The notes: generated by a model not told the origin, from the sequence alone. Numbered from the stretch's first letter, positions 9,953 through 20,238 are shown. The stretch is 64,000 bases of DNA from Candidatus Fermentibacterota bacterium (GCA_030592645.1 JAUVIR010000002.1:8065-72064), one strand, 5' to 3'. Made by a program: numbers and translations.

Positions 9953-11682
9953 GCGGGAAAGGCGGCTATTTCTCAAACGAGTCAGTCGAGCGGGTCAGGA
10001 CATCGAGTGATATCGTTACCGTGATCGGCAGGTACGTCAGCCTCAAGAGATCAGGAAGAAGCATAAAAGGTTTGTGTCCCTTTCACCGGGAGAAGACACC
10101 ATCGTTCTTCGTTTCTCCGGACAGGCAGATGTATCACTGTTTCGGGTGCGGGGCAGGAGGAGATATATTCTCATTTCTCATGAACTACCTCAGCTTCTCA
10201 TTTACAGAAGCGGTGGAGGAACTGGCAACCGAAGCCGGCATTAAACTTGAAAGAACCGGAAGAGATACAACCAGAACCGACATATTCAGAGAGATTCTTG
10301 CCGAGGCTCAAAAGTATTACAGGAAGCAGTTTTCGGGTAAGGCTGGAGCTGTTGCGATGAAGTATCTCGAAGGACGAAAACTATCCCGGCAGACCATCGA
10401 AAAGCTCGGTATCGGATGGGCGCCCGATGAGGGTGAGCTCTCCTCCCACCTGCGCGGGAAAGGATATTCGGAAAGCCAGCTTATCGAATCAGGTGTAGCT
10501 ATTCAATCCACAAGGGGCAGCGGAATATACGATAGATTCAGGGGCAGAATACTGTTCCCTATCTCAGATAGACGGGGCAGAGTGATCAGTTTCGGCGGCA
10601 GATTGATCAGGGAATCCGCAACTGGTGCTCCGAAATATGTTAACGGTCCCGATTCGCCGATTTATAGAAAGGGTGATTACCTCTACGGTTACAGAGATGC
10701 CTCAAGGGCATCAAGGGACCTGGATATGATCATTCTCGTCGAGGGTTACTTCGATCATGCGCGATTTGTCGACGCTGGATTCGAATGTGTTGTGGCAACG
10801 TGCGGAACGGCCATTACATCCCCCCAGGCCCGTCAGATGGGAGCTCTTGCGTCAGTCTACATCTGCTACGATGGTGACAGAGCCGGACAGAGGGCATCTG
10901 TAAGGGCTGCTGAAGCCGTTCTTGAGCAGGGATACCTCCCCGGAATAATCGCTATTCCAGGTGGACAGGATCCGGATGATTACATACTCGAGAATGGAAG
11001 AGAATCGGTGCTTGAGCTGATTTCCGCTGCTGATGATCCGATCAGATATGCGCTTGAGCTGCTTGGCGGCTGGTCTTCGGTGAAGGGTTCGGAAAGAAAA
11101 GTAAAAGTTGTTAAAAGACTTGTCGAGATCGCTTCTGCCGCCACAGAGCCTGTTATCAGAGAGACCATGATAAGAGAAATATCTGAACAGACAGGCTATT
11201 CCATGAGAACACTGGAACTTGAGATCGAAGAAGGGGAGAGTAAATCAAGGAAGCCGGGTAAGGAGAAACTCAGGGAGACGGAATTGAACAGGTGGGACAG
11301 CAGGATTATAGGTTCAATTCTCCTGTCGCCTTCCGGGCTTGCGGGCACACTCATAGATTTTGTCGAGGAGGATGACCTCCGCAGTGTATCCGGATGCGGG
11401 ATACTCAGAGAGATTAAAAAGCAGGCTGATTCCGGAATGGAAAAATTTCAGATTTCACGTCTTGAAGACGATAAAAGTTCAGTATGCACCAGACTCATGT
11501 TAGACTATCCAGAACAGACCGGGCCGGTTGACGTTGATAGTGTGATGAGAATCTTGAAAAAGGACAGGCTTCAGAGAGAGTGTAAACTGCTGAAGCTGCA
11601 GTTGAATTCCGGGGAGGATGAAGGGCGTCAGGAGCTGCAGCGAAAGATCATCGAAATCGAGAAGAAGCTTATAAACATGTAA
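9949..11682 (+). CDS. dnaG: DNA primase
   Basis: CHC2 zinc finger (CPFHREKTPSF...HCFGCGAGGD) and Toprim domain (EGY.D). 4-bp overlap with mutS2. Confidence 0.9.
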   Translation: MSGKGGYFSNESVERVRTSSDIVTVIGRYVSLKRSGRSIKGLCPFHREKTPSFFVSPDRQMYHCFGCGAGGDIFSFLMNYLSFSFTEAVEELATEAGIKLERTGRDTTRTDIFREILAEAQKYYRKQFSGKAGAVAMKYLEGRKLSRQTIEKLGIGWAPDEGELSSHLRGKGYSESQLIESGVAIQSTRGSGIYDRFRGRILFPISDRRGRVISFGGRLIRESATGAPKYVNGPDSPIYRKGDYLYGYRDASRASRDLDMIILVEGYFDHARFVDAGFECVVATCGTAITSPQARQMGALASVYICYDGDRAGQRASVRAAEAVLEQGYLPGIIAIPGGQDPDDYILENGRESVLELISAADDPIRYALELLGGWSSVKGSERKVKVVKRLVEIASAATEPVIRETMIREISEQTGYSMRTLELEIEEGESKSRKPGKEKLRETELNRWDSRIIGSILLSPSGLAGTLIDFVEEDDLRSVSGCGILREIKKQADSGMEKFQISRLEDDKSSVCTRLMLDYPEQTGPVDVDSVMRILKKDRLQRECKLLKLQLNSGEDEGRQELQRKIIEIEKKLINM

Positions 11683-11766
11683 GGGGTCTCTATTTCCGGT
11701 TACCAAAAAAATCGTGATTGCTCATCAAGAACTATTTTCTTCCGAGAGCTTGACGTAGTTTCTCCA

Positions 11767-13080
11767 ATGTCAGCGGAGGAGGAGAATGACCTGATCACAG
11801 AGCAGGAAAAGATAAGATGCAATATGCTTGAATCCATCCTTTCCATTAAGCTTGGCAGTGATCAGTTCTTCGGACCGCTCTGCAAACTGCTGAATGGAGA
11901 AATCCCCGACAGGAGAATTATCGATGAGTCCTTCTGGGGTATGGTCAGCGGTCGTCTGCCCGATTCGAGGAGAAACGAACTGAGGGACATTCTCGGTAAC
12001 ATGAAAAGCCGTTACCTTAACCGCGATTCAGTGCGTGCTCTTCATCTTCTGTGGCATACAGTTGAGAACATGGGAAATGAACTCTTTGAAGGGATCGAAA
12101 GCTGCAGAAAGCTGCTGAACCGGCGCATGAGCCTGATGAATATTCTGGAAGGTGATACGATTCCCCCCGACAGGAAAGCTCTCGCTCATGAATCACTTCT
12201 AAAACCTTCCGATCAGAACAGTTATCGAGCCTGGGAGCTGCATCCTCTCTTTTCATCCATCGAGAACGAACTGGATCTTATGGAGGTTGCGAGAGGCTCA
12301 AGTATTCACGAGTATTCCGTCGCCGCTAAACGTTTCCGCGAAGCCTTTCTGAAAAATGCAGATATCCTTGAACGATTCGTTGAAGCGAATCTCAGGCTGG
12401 TGGTTTCCATGGTACGGAAGTACTATCCATGCAGTATAATGGAAGAGATGGACCTTGTTCAGGAAGGATGCGGGGGTCTTATGGAGGCTGTCAGGCGTTT
12501 TGATTACCGGCGGGGATGCAAACTGTCTACTTTCGCGGTCTGGTGGATAAGACAATACATAATAAAAGCCATCCTCCACCATTCAAGGCTGGTCAGGCTC
12601 CCGGTATCAGTGCTGATAGAGGATTCCTCAATAAACAGTGCGATCGATGAATTTATACTGCAGAACGGTCGAAAGCCAACTCTGGATGAGCTTTCCGAAT
12701 ACATGGGTAGAAACAGGGATGAGATAGAACAGGTGTACATTTCTACAGCGCCCCTGCTCTCACTTGACCATACAGATGGCGAGCATGATGCAACTATCGC
12801 CGATTTTCTGGTGAGCCGTCTTCAGCAGCCTGATGCGGAGGCAGAGCATAACGATACAAGAGAGCGTATCAATGCTGCCCTTGCTTCTCTTTCGGACAGG
12901 GAGAAGACTATAATCACACTGCGTTTCGGACTTCTGGATGATATGCCGTGTACACTGCAGGAACTCGGAAGAATATTCGGTATCAGCAGGGAGAGAGTCA
13001 GACAGCTTGAGTTAAGAGCTCTTAAGAAGCTCAAGGGGCATGGGCTGCTTTCGACACTTTCGCAGAATGGATCGTTATGA
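11767..13080 (+). CDS. rpoD: RNA polymerase sigma-70 family factor (primary-like, lacks long region 1.1)
   Basis: Regions 2-4 present (EANLRLVVSMVRKY, DLVQEG..GLM.AV.RFDY, helix-turn-helix TLQELGRIFGISRERVRQLELRALKKL). Canonical position downstream of dnaG. Confidence 0.75.
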   Translation: MSAEEENDLITEQEKIRCNMLESILSIKLGSDQFFGPLCKLLNGEIPDRRIIDESFWGMVSGRLPDSRRNELRDILGNMKSRYLNRDSVRALHLLWHTVENMGNELFEGIESCRKLLNRRMSLMNILEGDTIPPDRKALAHESLLKPSDQNSYRAWELHPLFSSIENELDLMEVARGSSIHEYSVAAKRFREAFLKNADILERFVEANLRLVVSMVRKYYPCSIMEEMDLVQEGCGGLMEAVRRFDYRRGCKLSTFAVWWIRQYIIKAILHHSRLVRLPVSVLIEDSSINSAIDEFILQNGRKPTLDELSEYMGRNRDEIEQVYISTAPLLSLDHTDGEHDATIADFLVSRLQQPDAEAEHNDTRERINAALASLSDREKTIITLRFGLLDDMPCTLQELGRIFGISRERVRQLELRALKKLKGHGLLSTLSQNGSL

Positions 13081-13904
13081 AAAGCTGGTTCTTTCTCCTT
13101 CTGTCATTCGTTCTCTTATGCTCATGTTCGGGCGTAAGCAGCGACAGCCGGGAGGATAACAGATTTGTGGTTCTCGGACCGTCTCTTGTTGAGCTGATGT
13201 ACGTATCTGGTCTGGGCTCTCGAATAGTCGGTGTCGACCGATACTCTGATTGGCCCGAGGAGACCGGGAGCCTGCCGCAGGTTGGCGGTTATATAGACCC
13301 CTCGCTGGAGCAGATAGCTTCACTGAACCCAACTTCAATCCACATTTCAGGTGAGAGTCCGATGCTCAGAGAACTTGCTGAAACCCTGGGAATACCCTGC
13401 TATACTTACCGGTTCGATACTCTGGCGGATGTTTTCGACTCCGTTGATTCACTGGACGCAAGGTACGGCGCACAGGCGTCTGATTTCAGGGATGAGCTGA
13501 ATGAGAAACTGGATTCGCTTGCAGCTGAAATGGAGAGCATCGCTCCCGTTTCGGTCATGATCGTGATTTACCACGAAAGAGGTTCGTCCAGCATGACCAT
13601 AGCGGGAAGGAGCACGTTTTTTGCAGATCTTCTCTCCTCTGTAAACTGCGTCATATCCGCTCCGGGAACCGGTTCCTGGCCTCTTATATCCGCAGAAGGA
13701 GTTATTTCTCTTTCTCCTGATCATATTGTCTGTCTTTATCCGGGGAAAACGGATACGCTGGAGATCATGTCCTCCGAAAAGAACCACTGGATGGAGCTGG
13801 GATTCGAATCCGACCGGGTACACTGTCTTTTCGAGCCCTACATCATGATTCCCGGCGGAAGAATAGGTTTGATAGCCCAGAGGATATGCTCGTGTCTGCT
13901 CTGA
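13077..13904 (+). CDS. ABC transporter periplasmic substrate-binding lipoprotein, BtuF/FecB class (cobalamin/iron-siderophore/heme type)
   Basis: Lipoprotein signal (LLLSFVLLCSCSG). RFVVLGPSLVELMY...IVGVDRYSDWPEE is typical of the PBP class 8 N-lobe. ATGA overlap with the rpoD stop. Confidence 0.7.
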   Translation: MKSWFFLLLSFVLLCSCSGVSSDSREDNRFVVLGPSLVELMYVSGLGSRIVGVDRYSDWPEETGSLPQVGGYIDPSLEQIASLNPTSIHISGESPMLRELAETLGIPCYTYRFDTLADVFDSVDSLDARYGAQASDFRDELNEKLDSLAAEMESIAPVSVMIVIYHERGSSSMTIAGRSTFFADLLSSVNCVISAPGTGSWPLISAEGVISLSPDHIVCLYPGKTDTLEIMSSEKNHWMELGFESDRVHCLFEPYIMIPGGRIGLIAQRICSCLL

Positions 13905-14671
13905 GTATCATCAATCTGAATGCAGGTTACGGGCGTAACCTGGTTCTTTCGGATATAAACCTTTCTATCGTGCCGGGTGAGATATGCGGACTGATAGGTC
14001 CGAACGGCGTCGGGAAAAGCACCCTTCTGCGGAGCATTCTTCAGATCGGAGTTGATTATTCCGGTGAAATATCCATCTGCGGCAGCAGGCTCTCCTCACT
14101 TTCGGGCAATCAGAAGGCCAGAATGGTATCCTACCTTCCTCAGAACTTCAACCCACATTCCCGATTGACCGTTGCCCAGACCGTTCTGCTCGGCAGGCAT
14201 CCATACAGAAGCGGATGGGCTATGGATTCTGGGGATGATCTGGAAATTGCAGAGAAATGTATGCTTGAAACGGATACATGGGATCTGCGGAACAGAGTGT
14301 TTTCAAACCTTTCAGGCGGAGAGAAGAGGCTGGTTCTGCTCGCCTCGGCACTTGCACAGGAACCTGAACTCCTCCTTCTTGATGAACCTGGGTCATCACT
14401 GGACTTCAGGCATCAGCTCAATATGTGGCTGCTGCTCAAAAAACTCTCAAGCAGAGGAATTGCAGTTCTAGTCAGCACACACGAAGTCGCGCTGTCCGGA
14501 AGGTACCTTGATTCGGTGCTTATCCTTTCGGATGGAAGATCCAGAGCTTTCGGCAGCCCCTCAGATGTTTATACAACTGAGATCCTGTCAGAAGTATTCA
14601 ATGTTAATCTTCTTGTATCGCAGGACAGTGCAACCCGCTCCTGGGTTATCGTGCCCGAAATGAAACAATGA
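13886..14671 (+). CDS. ABC transporter ATP-binding protein (FecE/BtuD-like)
   Basis: Walker A GPNGVGKSTLL, ABC signature LSGGEKRLVLLA, Walker B LLLLDEP. Confidence 0.8.
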   Translation: MLVSALSIINLNAGYGRNLVLSDINLSIVPGEICGLIGPNGVGKSTLLRSILQIGVDYSGEISICGSRLSSLSGNQKARMVSYLPQNFNPHSRLTVAQTVLLGRHPYRSGWAMDSGDDLEIAEKCMLETDTWDLRNRVFSNLSGGEKRLVLLASALAQEPELLLLDEPGSSLDFRHQLNMWLLLKKLSSRGIAVLVSTHEVALSGRYLDSVLILSDGRSRAFGSPSDVYTTEILSEVFNVNLLVSQDSATRSWVIVPEMKQ

Positions 14672-15642
14672 AAAACGGAGTTGTCTCAAGGCCGTCATCA
14701 GGATTCTGGATCCTTCTGGTACTGTCCGTGATCCTTGCCGGTGCTCTTTCACTTCTTGCAGGTCCCATGGATCATCCTCCGGAATGGGTTATCATGAGAC
14801 TCAGGCTGCCCAGGCTTGTGCTTGCCCTGCTTGCCGGAAGCGCGCTCTCCATCTCGGGTTCTGTTCTTCAGTCACTGCTCAGGAATGATCTTGCAACACC
14901 CTACACTCTGGGCATATCCGCGGGAGCCGGACTGGTGGCCGGTTCGGTGATCGTGTCCGGGATGATCGTACCGGTTATTGGCCTTGTCGCTGCCGGAACG
15001 GCGGGAGCCCTGCTCGCGGTTCTTCTGGTGTACGCCCTGGCTTACCGGAGCAGGAGGGGTAATTACGGTCCAACGCTCCTGCTGGCCGGGATCACAATGA
15101 ATCTTGTAGGCGCATCGATACTGCTCCTGTTCGAGTATTTCAGTGATGCCTCCAGGATTATGGAGATAGTACGATGGATGATGGGCGATATGGCGGTTAT
15201 CGGATGGGACAAACCTCTCTTCCTCCTGCCTCCTGTGATTCTGGGAATAGCTGTAGCACTTACAAGAACCGGGGTTCTGAACCAGATATCACAGGGCGAT
15301 GACATTGCCCATACCAGAGGTGTTTCGGTAAACTGGGAGCGGAATCTGCTGCTTGCTGTTGCAGCCCTTCTTGCAGGGTCAACCGTCGGGGTAGTGGGTC
15401 CGGTTGGTTTTGTGGGGCTTATGGTGCCCCACATCATGAGGAGATTCGTTGGATCCGATTACAGATACCTTGTTCCGGCATCGGCGCTCGGAGGTATGCT
15501 GCTTGTTATTCTTGCGGATTCTCTTTCAAGGGTGATCATAAGCCCGGCCGAGCTTCCTATCGGCATAGTGATGTCACTTATAGGGGGCCCGTTTTTCCTG
15601 GTTCTTCTCCTTGCGGGAGGGAAGCAGAAAAGAAAAGGATAA
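14668..15642 (+). CDS. ABC transporter permease, FecCD/BtuC family
   Basis: Polytopic membrane protein with the FecCD-family LPRL..ALL.G..LS.SG...Q motif. 324 aa. Confidence 0.8.
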   Translation: MKNGVVSRPSSGFWILLVLSVILAGALSLLAGPMDHPPEWVIMRLRLPRLVLALLAGSALSISGSVLQSLLRNDLATPYTLGISAGAGLVAGSVIVSGMIVPVIGLVAAGTAGALLAVLLVYALAYRSRRGNYGPTLLLAGITMNLVGASILLLFEYFSDASRIMEIVRWMMGDMAVIGWDKPLFLLPPVILGIAVALTRTGVLNQISQGDDIAHTRGVSVNWERNLLLAVAALLAGSTVGVVGPVGFVGLMVPHIMRRFVGSDYRYLVPASALGGMLLVILADSLSRVIISPAELPIGIVMSLIGGPFFLVLLLAGGKQKRKG

Positions 15643-15648
15643 TCCCGG

Positions 15649-16347
15649 CTAATTCTTAATGAAAGGGTCGAACAGGTACTTTATGTAATCAAGGGAATCC
15701 TCTATCAGAAAGGGAATAGCCTTGGCGTAAGTATCCAATATGACGATAGCATTTACCGGAGAATCTGCCTCACTTGCTGCCCTGAGACGCTGGGCAACCG
15801 CGTAATTCACCTCCTGAATATCATCGTATATCTTTTTCAGCCCTTTAAGCTGAAAATCAGCCTCCCTGCCCTCCCTCTGAATAAAATACTGTGCAAGAAG
15901 ATACGTTGATACAGCCCGGTAGACGGTTTCGTCTCTGCTGGCAAGCGGAAGGTGAAAACGAGCCATCGGCTTGAAATACTCCGTATGCGGACATCCGGAA
16001 GCTGCTATCAGAAGTCCCATCAGTGAACTCAGACCCTGCTGTGCTGAGGTCTGCTGAGAGATGTGTCTGTCTTCTGCATGAACATCGAGATGTATCCTGT
16101 CGTAGGAAAGCACATGATCGAAATGCTCAACGATATCAAGTATGCTCAATGCGAGAGGGCAGTACCTGTGGTTCGCAGTCTCCAGCGAGCAGTTGGGGCA
16201 CTGATGAAAACCGAGTTCCGTCCACAATGGAGGGTTCTCAGGGATTGCAGTCATCAGGTTGAGCGTTAGAGGATCCAGCTCAACGCGGAACTCCTCGATC
16301 TTATCATCTGACAACCTGAAACGGTATTCGATAACTACACTGTCCAT
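15649..16347 (-). CDS. Hypothetical protein of unknown function with a CPNC...C cysteine cluster
   Basis: Open frame. Start assigned at internal MDSVVIEY (the ORF-track start at 16443 overlaps the ppiD-like gene). No family recognised. Confidence 0.35.
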   Translation of the reverse strand: MDSVVIEYRFRLSDDKIEEFRVELDPLTLNLMTAIPENPPLWTELGFHQCPNCSLETANHRYCPLALSILDIVEHFDHVLSYDRIHLDVHAEDRHISQQTSAQQGLSSLMGLLIAASGCPHTEYFKPMARFHLPLASRDETVYRAVSTYLLAQYFIQREGREADFQLKGLKKIYDDIQEVNYAVAQRLRAASEADSPVNAIVILDTYAKAIPFLIEDSLDYIKYLFDPFIKN

Positions 16348-16390
16348 AATTCCCGATCTGGTGCATGAATCCTGTGCCGGGTGCTTTGTA

Positions 16391-18313
16391 CTACTCCTCC
16401 AGCTGCTCCTGCTCGGCTGCCAGGGAATCCTCGACGATCTCAAGGTACTCGGACCATTCTTCCCTCAGATCATGAATATTGCTGGTTTCTCTGAGGTTCC
16501 TGATGATGTACTGGGATCCGAGCATTTCATGACCGTACTGGGCTGAAATGTAAGTCAATGCCTGCATGTTCTGATCCTCGGCGGAGACCTGTCTTGAAAG
16601 TATTTCAGCGATAACACAGCTGGTTCCGGTCATGAAAGGTCCGATAACCTGGAATTCGGGGGCAATAAGTGCAGCTTCAGCGAATTCGCCGGAATAGAGA
16701 ATTCCGCCTGCAGCTTCCGGATCCATTCTAGCGTTAAGCCTGATCTGTGCTGTTGTAAATGAGGGAAGCGAATGAACCTGCAGTGATTCAATGGAAGCGT
16801 ACGCTGCCAGATTGATACCACTTGAGTGGATATCATCGATAATCTCCTGAGCTTTACCCCGTGCAGCTTCCCTTCTGAGTGTATACATTGCTGTTTCGAA
16901 CAGAAAACCGGAATCAAGGGCATCTTCATAGATTGTAGTATCAGGCGGGAAAAATTCCAGTCTACGAACCATGGTGAACGCCGGGTAACCGCCCATGTAG
17001 GAAGGATTGAAGAATAGAGGACCTATTTCATCTCTCCAGAGAGTGTCCGAAGCGAACGCTAAAAGCTCTTCGGATATGAGTCCTGAGAGAGGAGTGTCTT
17101 CCTCAACCAGCATTTCCCCGAAATCAACAATAACCAGGGAATCAGGAACCGCTGGAATGTGTTCTGCGAGCATGTCCTCCATGCTCAGTTCCAGATCCCA
17201 CATAATCCTTCTTACCGTTGAATACTGTGGAAGAATAGGTATTTCCCAGCTCTGCAGGAAGAGGGTGTCATCCTGACTAACCGCCGAATCAAGCGCAAAA
17301 GTAACAGTGGATTCGTGGAGTGAGTCAAGAAGCAGGACATGATAGCTTCTAATGGATGGATTTCCCGAGAATACGCTGAGGAAAGGTTCAGTTCTTTCTC
17401 CAGTTTCAATTCTGATGCTGTCCCCGAACACTTCGGCGATCTGAGACCTGGTGGCAATTATCCGTTCACCGGGAGTTGAATAAACGAGGGAATCGATTCT
17501 GTTCATGGTGAATTCCAGATCCGAGTCCACGGGCAGTACCTGAATCGTGATATACCTTAGAAGGGAACCTGCAGGTTTGCTGAAGAATTCCGATCTGGTT
17601 TCGTAGATTTCCATCAGATACTCTTCATCGGGCAGGGGAGGTGCAGCATTGATGACTATGTACCTTGCGGTGATCTGCCCGCGAGTATCAAGGATCAGGT
17701 AATCTACCTCTTCAAGGCTGGCCATACTGACCATCCCCGAAGCGAGAGGGAACCTGAGGGCACTGGCGCTCATGTATGTCTGGTAGAGGTACTGCTGGTA
17801 AACTCCGGGCTGCTCTGATTTAATCATATCGAGGTATTCTCTTGCTGTCATTTCACCCAGGTTCTGCATACCGATCTGTGCGATAAGCAGTTCCTCAGCC
17901 TGTTCCGCAGTGAAATCCAGCCAGTTGTGCTTCTTCATGTATATTCCCTGCAGCTTCTGATCGATAAGACCCTGAAAAGCCTCCTCTGATATCTGAGCGC
18001 TCATGAGAAGCATCATGGATTCGGGATCAGGATTGCCGCTTCGCTCAAGCATTGAACGGTACTGCTGGCTCCAGGATTGAAGGGCCTGCTGGTATTCATC
18101 AGGTAGAATATCTTTTCCATCGACCGTTGCTATGGGACGCTGATAAGGGTTTTTGGGAGTGTTGTCTCCTTCTCCCATACCCCATCTCAGAAAGATAAGG
18201 GCAACGAATATGACAATTGTAGCGATCAGGAATATCTTAGCGTTATCTCTTAACCAGGTTAACATCATTCTCCCCCGAAATTGGATTGGTTTTTTGAAGA
18301 AGCAAAAATACAC
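16391..18313 (-). CDS. Periplasmic chaperone with SurA N-terminal-like domain (PpiD-like)
   Basis: N-terminal single transmembrane helix (MMLTWLRDNAKIFLIATIVIFVALIFL) like PpiD, followed by a long acidic periplasmic region. No clear parvulin motif seen. True start is probably the internal MM near 18268. Confidence 0.45.
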   Translation of the reverse strand: MYFCFFKKPIQFRGRMMLTWLRDNAKIFLIATIVIFVALIFLRWGMGEGDNTPKNPYQRPIATVDGKDILPDEYQQALQSWSQQYRSMLERSGNPDPESMMLLMSAQISEEAFQGLIDQKLQGIYMKKHNWLDFTAEQAEELLIAQIGMQNLGEMTAREYLDMIKSEQPGVYQQYLYQTYMSASALRFPLASGMVSMASLEEVDYLILDTRGQITARYIVINAAPPLPDEEYLMEIYETRSEFFSKPAGSLLRYITIQVLPVDSDLEFTMNRIDSLVYSTPGERIIATRSQIAEVFGDSIRIETGERTEPFLSVFSGNPSIRSYHVLLLDSLHESTVTFALDSAVSQDDTLFLQSWEIPILPQYSTVRRIMWDLELSMEDMLAEHIPAVPDSLVIVDFGEMLVEEDTPLSGLISEELLAFASDTLWRDEIGPLFFNPSYMGGYPAFTMVRRLEFFPPDTTIYEDALDSGFLFETAMYTLRREAARGKAQEIIDDIHSSGINLAAYASIESLQVHSLPSFTTAQIRLNARMDPEAAGGILYSGEFAEAALIAPEFQVIGPFMTGTSCVIAEILSRQVSAEDQNMQALTYISAQYGHEMLGSQYIIRNLRETSNIHDLREEWSEYLEIVEDSLAAEQEQLEE

Positions 18314-18327
18314 ACCTTCAATGCATT

Positions 18328-19368
18328 ATGCAAGGTCTGGTAAGATACGCTAATGCAGAAAATGGCAATATGAAGATCAAGAAATACAGTGAGATGCACA
18401 ATATGGTCACAGCTGCTGACGGAGGAGCTGTACTTGTGGTTGCGGGACCTGACCTCTACCAGTCAGGGCGGCTTCAGAGTACAATTATTAATAAATTCCG
18501 CCAGGAGCTGGATTACGAAATATTCAGATTCGATGCTGATGAGCTCAAAGAGGGCGATCTGAAAAGACATCTCCTTGAGAACTCACTCTTCTCCGCGGGT
18601 AAGCTGATAGTGATATCGAATATTCACAAGCTCTGTAAAGCTGCAGAACCTGAAATGTTTGATGCAATCAAAAACGGGCTCAGTGATTCAGCTCTTTTCA
18701 TGTCATCCACGAAGGTTCCAAGAGAATCCGCGATTCTGAGGAAACTGGAGAAAGCAGTGCCTGTCTATATATGCTACGAACCTTTCTACAGGGATATGAC
18801 CGCCTGGGCTTCAAAACTGGCTGCCGAGGAGAACATCAGGTTAACGCGGGATACTGTCCAGCTTCTTATAGAGTATTCGGGAAGAAGCCTCGGAAGATTG
18901 GCGGATGCCGTATCAAAACTTGCCCTTTACCATGGTCCGGAAACTCAGATCGACAGAGACAGAATGATAGAGGTCATCTCTGGAAAGGGCGGGGCTGATG
19001 TTTTCCATCTTGGAGATATGATATTTTATGACAGAAGGGGGGAAGCGGTTGATGCCGCGTGGTCACTTCTGCAGTACGGAGTGGAACCTCTTTCGATCAT
19101 CGCATACCTTTTCAGTTCATGGCAGAAGGTTATCCGGGCAATCGAAATAGTTGAGGGGGGTGGAGACGTTCAGAAAGTATCAAAGGAAACGGGAGCGAGG
19201 TATCCACTTCTTGATAAGCTCATGAAATTCACAAAATCCGCCTGCAAGGTTGATACAGCCGTCGCTGCAGAGGCGTTCGCGGAGGCTGACTATGGGGTAA
19301 AATCAGGTGTTGACCACCTTCTGGTTTTCTCGAGGTTGATCTTCACCTTGACAAGCGGACATTTATAA
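18328..19368 (+). CDS. holA: DNA polymerase III delta subunit-like
   Basis: Length and clamp-loader delta-like architecture (AVLVVAGPDLY...LFSAGKLIVI...LADAVSKLALY). Weak similarity only. Confidence 0.5.
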   Translation: MQGLVRYANAENGNMKIKKYSEMHNMVTAADGGAVLVVAGPDLYQSGRLQSTIINKFRQELDYEIFRFDADELKEGDLKRHLLENSLFSAGKLIVISNIHKLCKAAEPEMFDAIKNGLSDSALFMSSTKVPRESAILRKLEKAVPVYICYEPFYRDMTAWASKLAAEENIRLTRDTVQLLIEYSGRSLGRLADAVSKLALYHGPETQIDRDRMIEVISGKGGADVFHLGDMIFYDRRGEAVDAAWSLLQYGVEPLSIIAYLFSSWQKVIRAIEIVEGGGDVQKVSKETGARYPLLDKLMKFTKSACKVDTAVAAEAFAEADYGVKSGVDHLLVFSRLIFTLTSGHL

Positions 19369-19435
19369 ACGACAATTGAGCTTGTATTAAAAATTTTAGT
19401 GAAAACAAATAGATAATCCATCCTAGGAGGAGAGC

Positions 19436-20176
19436 ATGGCAGAGGTACTCGAAAAAAAGATTCTGGACTTGCTTGATCGCAGGGAAGAATATGTCGGTCG
19501 CCTGAATAACCTGGAGACCATGAAACCGGATACTAATACCAGAGTGTACGAGAAGATCCGACAGGATTACAGTACCAAGCTTCAGAATGTGCTCGAGAAA
19601 ATAAACGAGCAGAGAGGCTCCCTCGAGAAGAAGGCAAAAGAGCTTACATCTCAGATCAGCCAGCAGGAGAAAACATTCACCGAACAGTCGGATCAGGTTG
19701 ACGAACTTCAGATAAGAGCCAAACTTGGAGAATTCAATAATGACAATGATGACTTCAAGAATGAACTCCACCAGTCCGAATCAGATCGTGATCAGACTTC
19801 AATGTCCCTCGACAAGCTCCGGAAGGAACTGAGTGATCTCAACGGTGTGCTCAGTGACGTAGATCACGCGACTTCCGCAGGAGTTCCCGGCGTGGATGCA
19901 TCGGTAAAACCAAGGGCGGATACAAGCGTCTCTGATGATGTCATCGATATAGAAGATGATGAACTTATTGAAGATGTCCAGGAGATCGGAGGCGATGATC
20001 TAGACGTAGATAGCGACGATATCTCCAGCGGATCTGATGAGAACAAGTGTTCCAGCTGCGGGCACGTCAATCCTCCTCATCTTGTGGTCTGTGAAGAGTG
20101 CAATGCTGAACTTGAAGACCTTAGCCAGGATCTGGATGACGAGTTCGATTTTGACGATATGGACGTTGACATCTAA
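19436..20176 (+). CDS. Hypothetical coiled-coil protein with an extremely acidic C-terminus containing a zinc-ribbon (CSSCGHVN...CEECNAE)
   Basis: AGGAGG Shine-Dalgarno sequence upstream. Heptad-like N-terminal region. Final ~80 aa are D/E-rich around a CxxC-x13-CxxC motif. Followed by an intrinsic terminator. Confidence 0.5.
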   Translation: MAEVLEKKILDLLDRREEYVGRLNNLETMKPDTNTRVYEKIRQDYSTKLQNVLEKINEQRGSLEKKAKELTSQISQQEKTFTEQSDQVDELQIRAKLGEFNNDNDDFKNELHQSESDRDQTSMSLDKLRKELSDLNGVLSDVDHATSAGVPGVDASVKPRADTSVSDDVIDIEDDELIEDVQEIGGDDLDVDSDDISSGSDENKCSSCGHVNPPHLVVCEECNAELEDLSQDLDDEFDFDDMDVDI

Positions 20177-20203
20177 ACTGTTCGATAACGATTCAAAGAT
20201 ATG

Positions 20204-20238
20204 AGGCTGCCGGGTAATCGGCAGCCTTATTTTTTTGG
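20204..20238 (+). terminator. Rho-independent terminator
   Basis: 9-bp GC stem AGGCTGCCG/CGGCAGCCT with a 6-nt loop, followed by TATTTTTTTGG. Confidence 0.6.
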
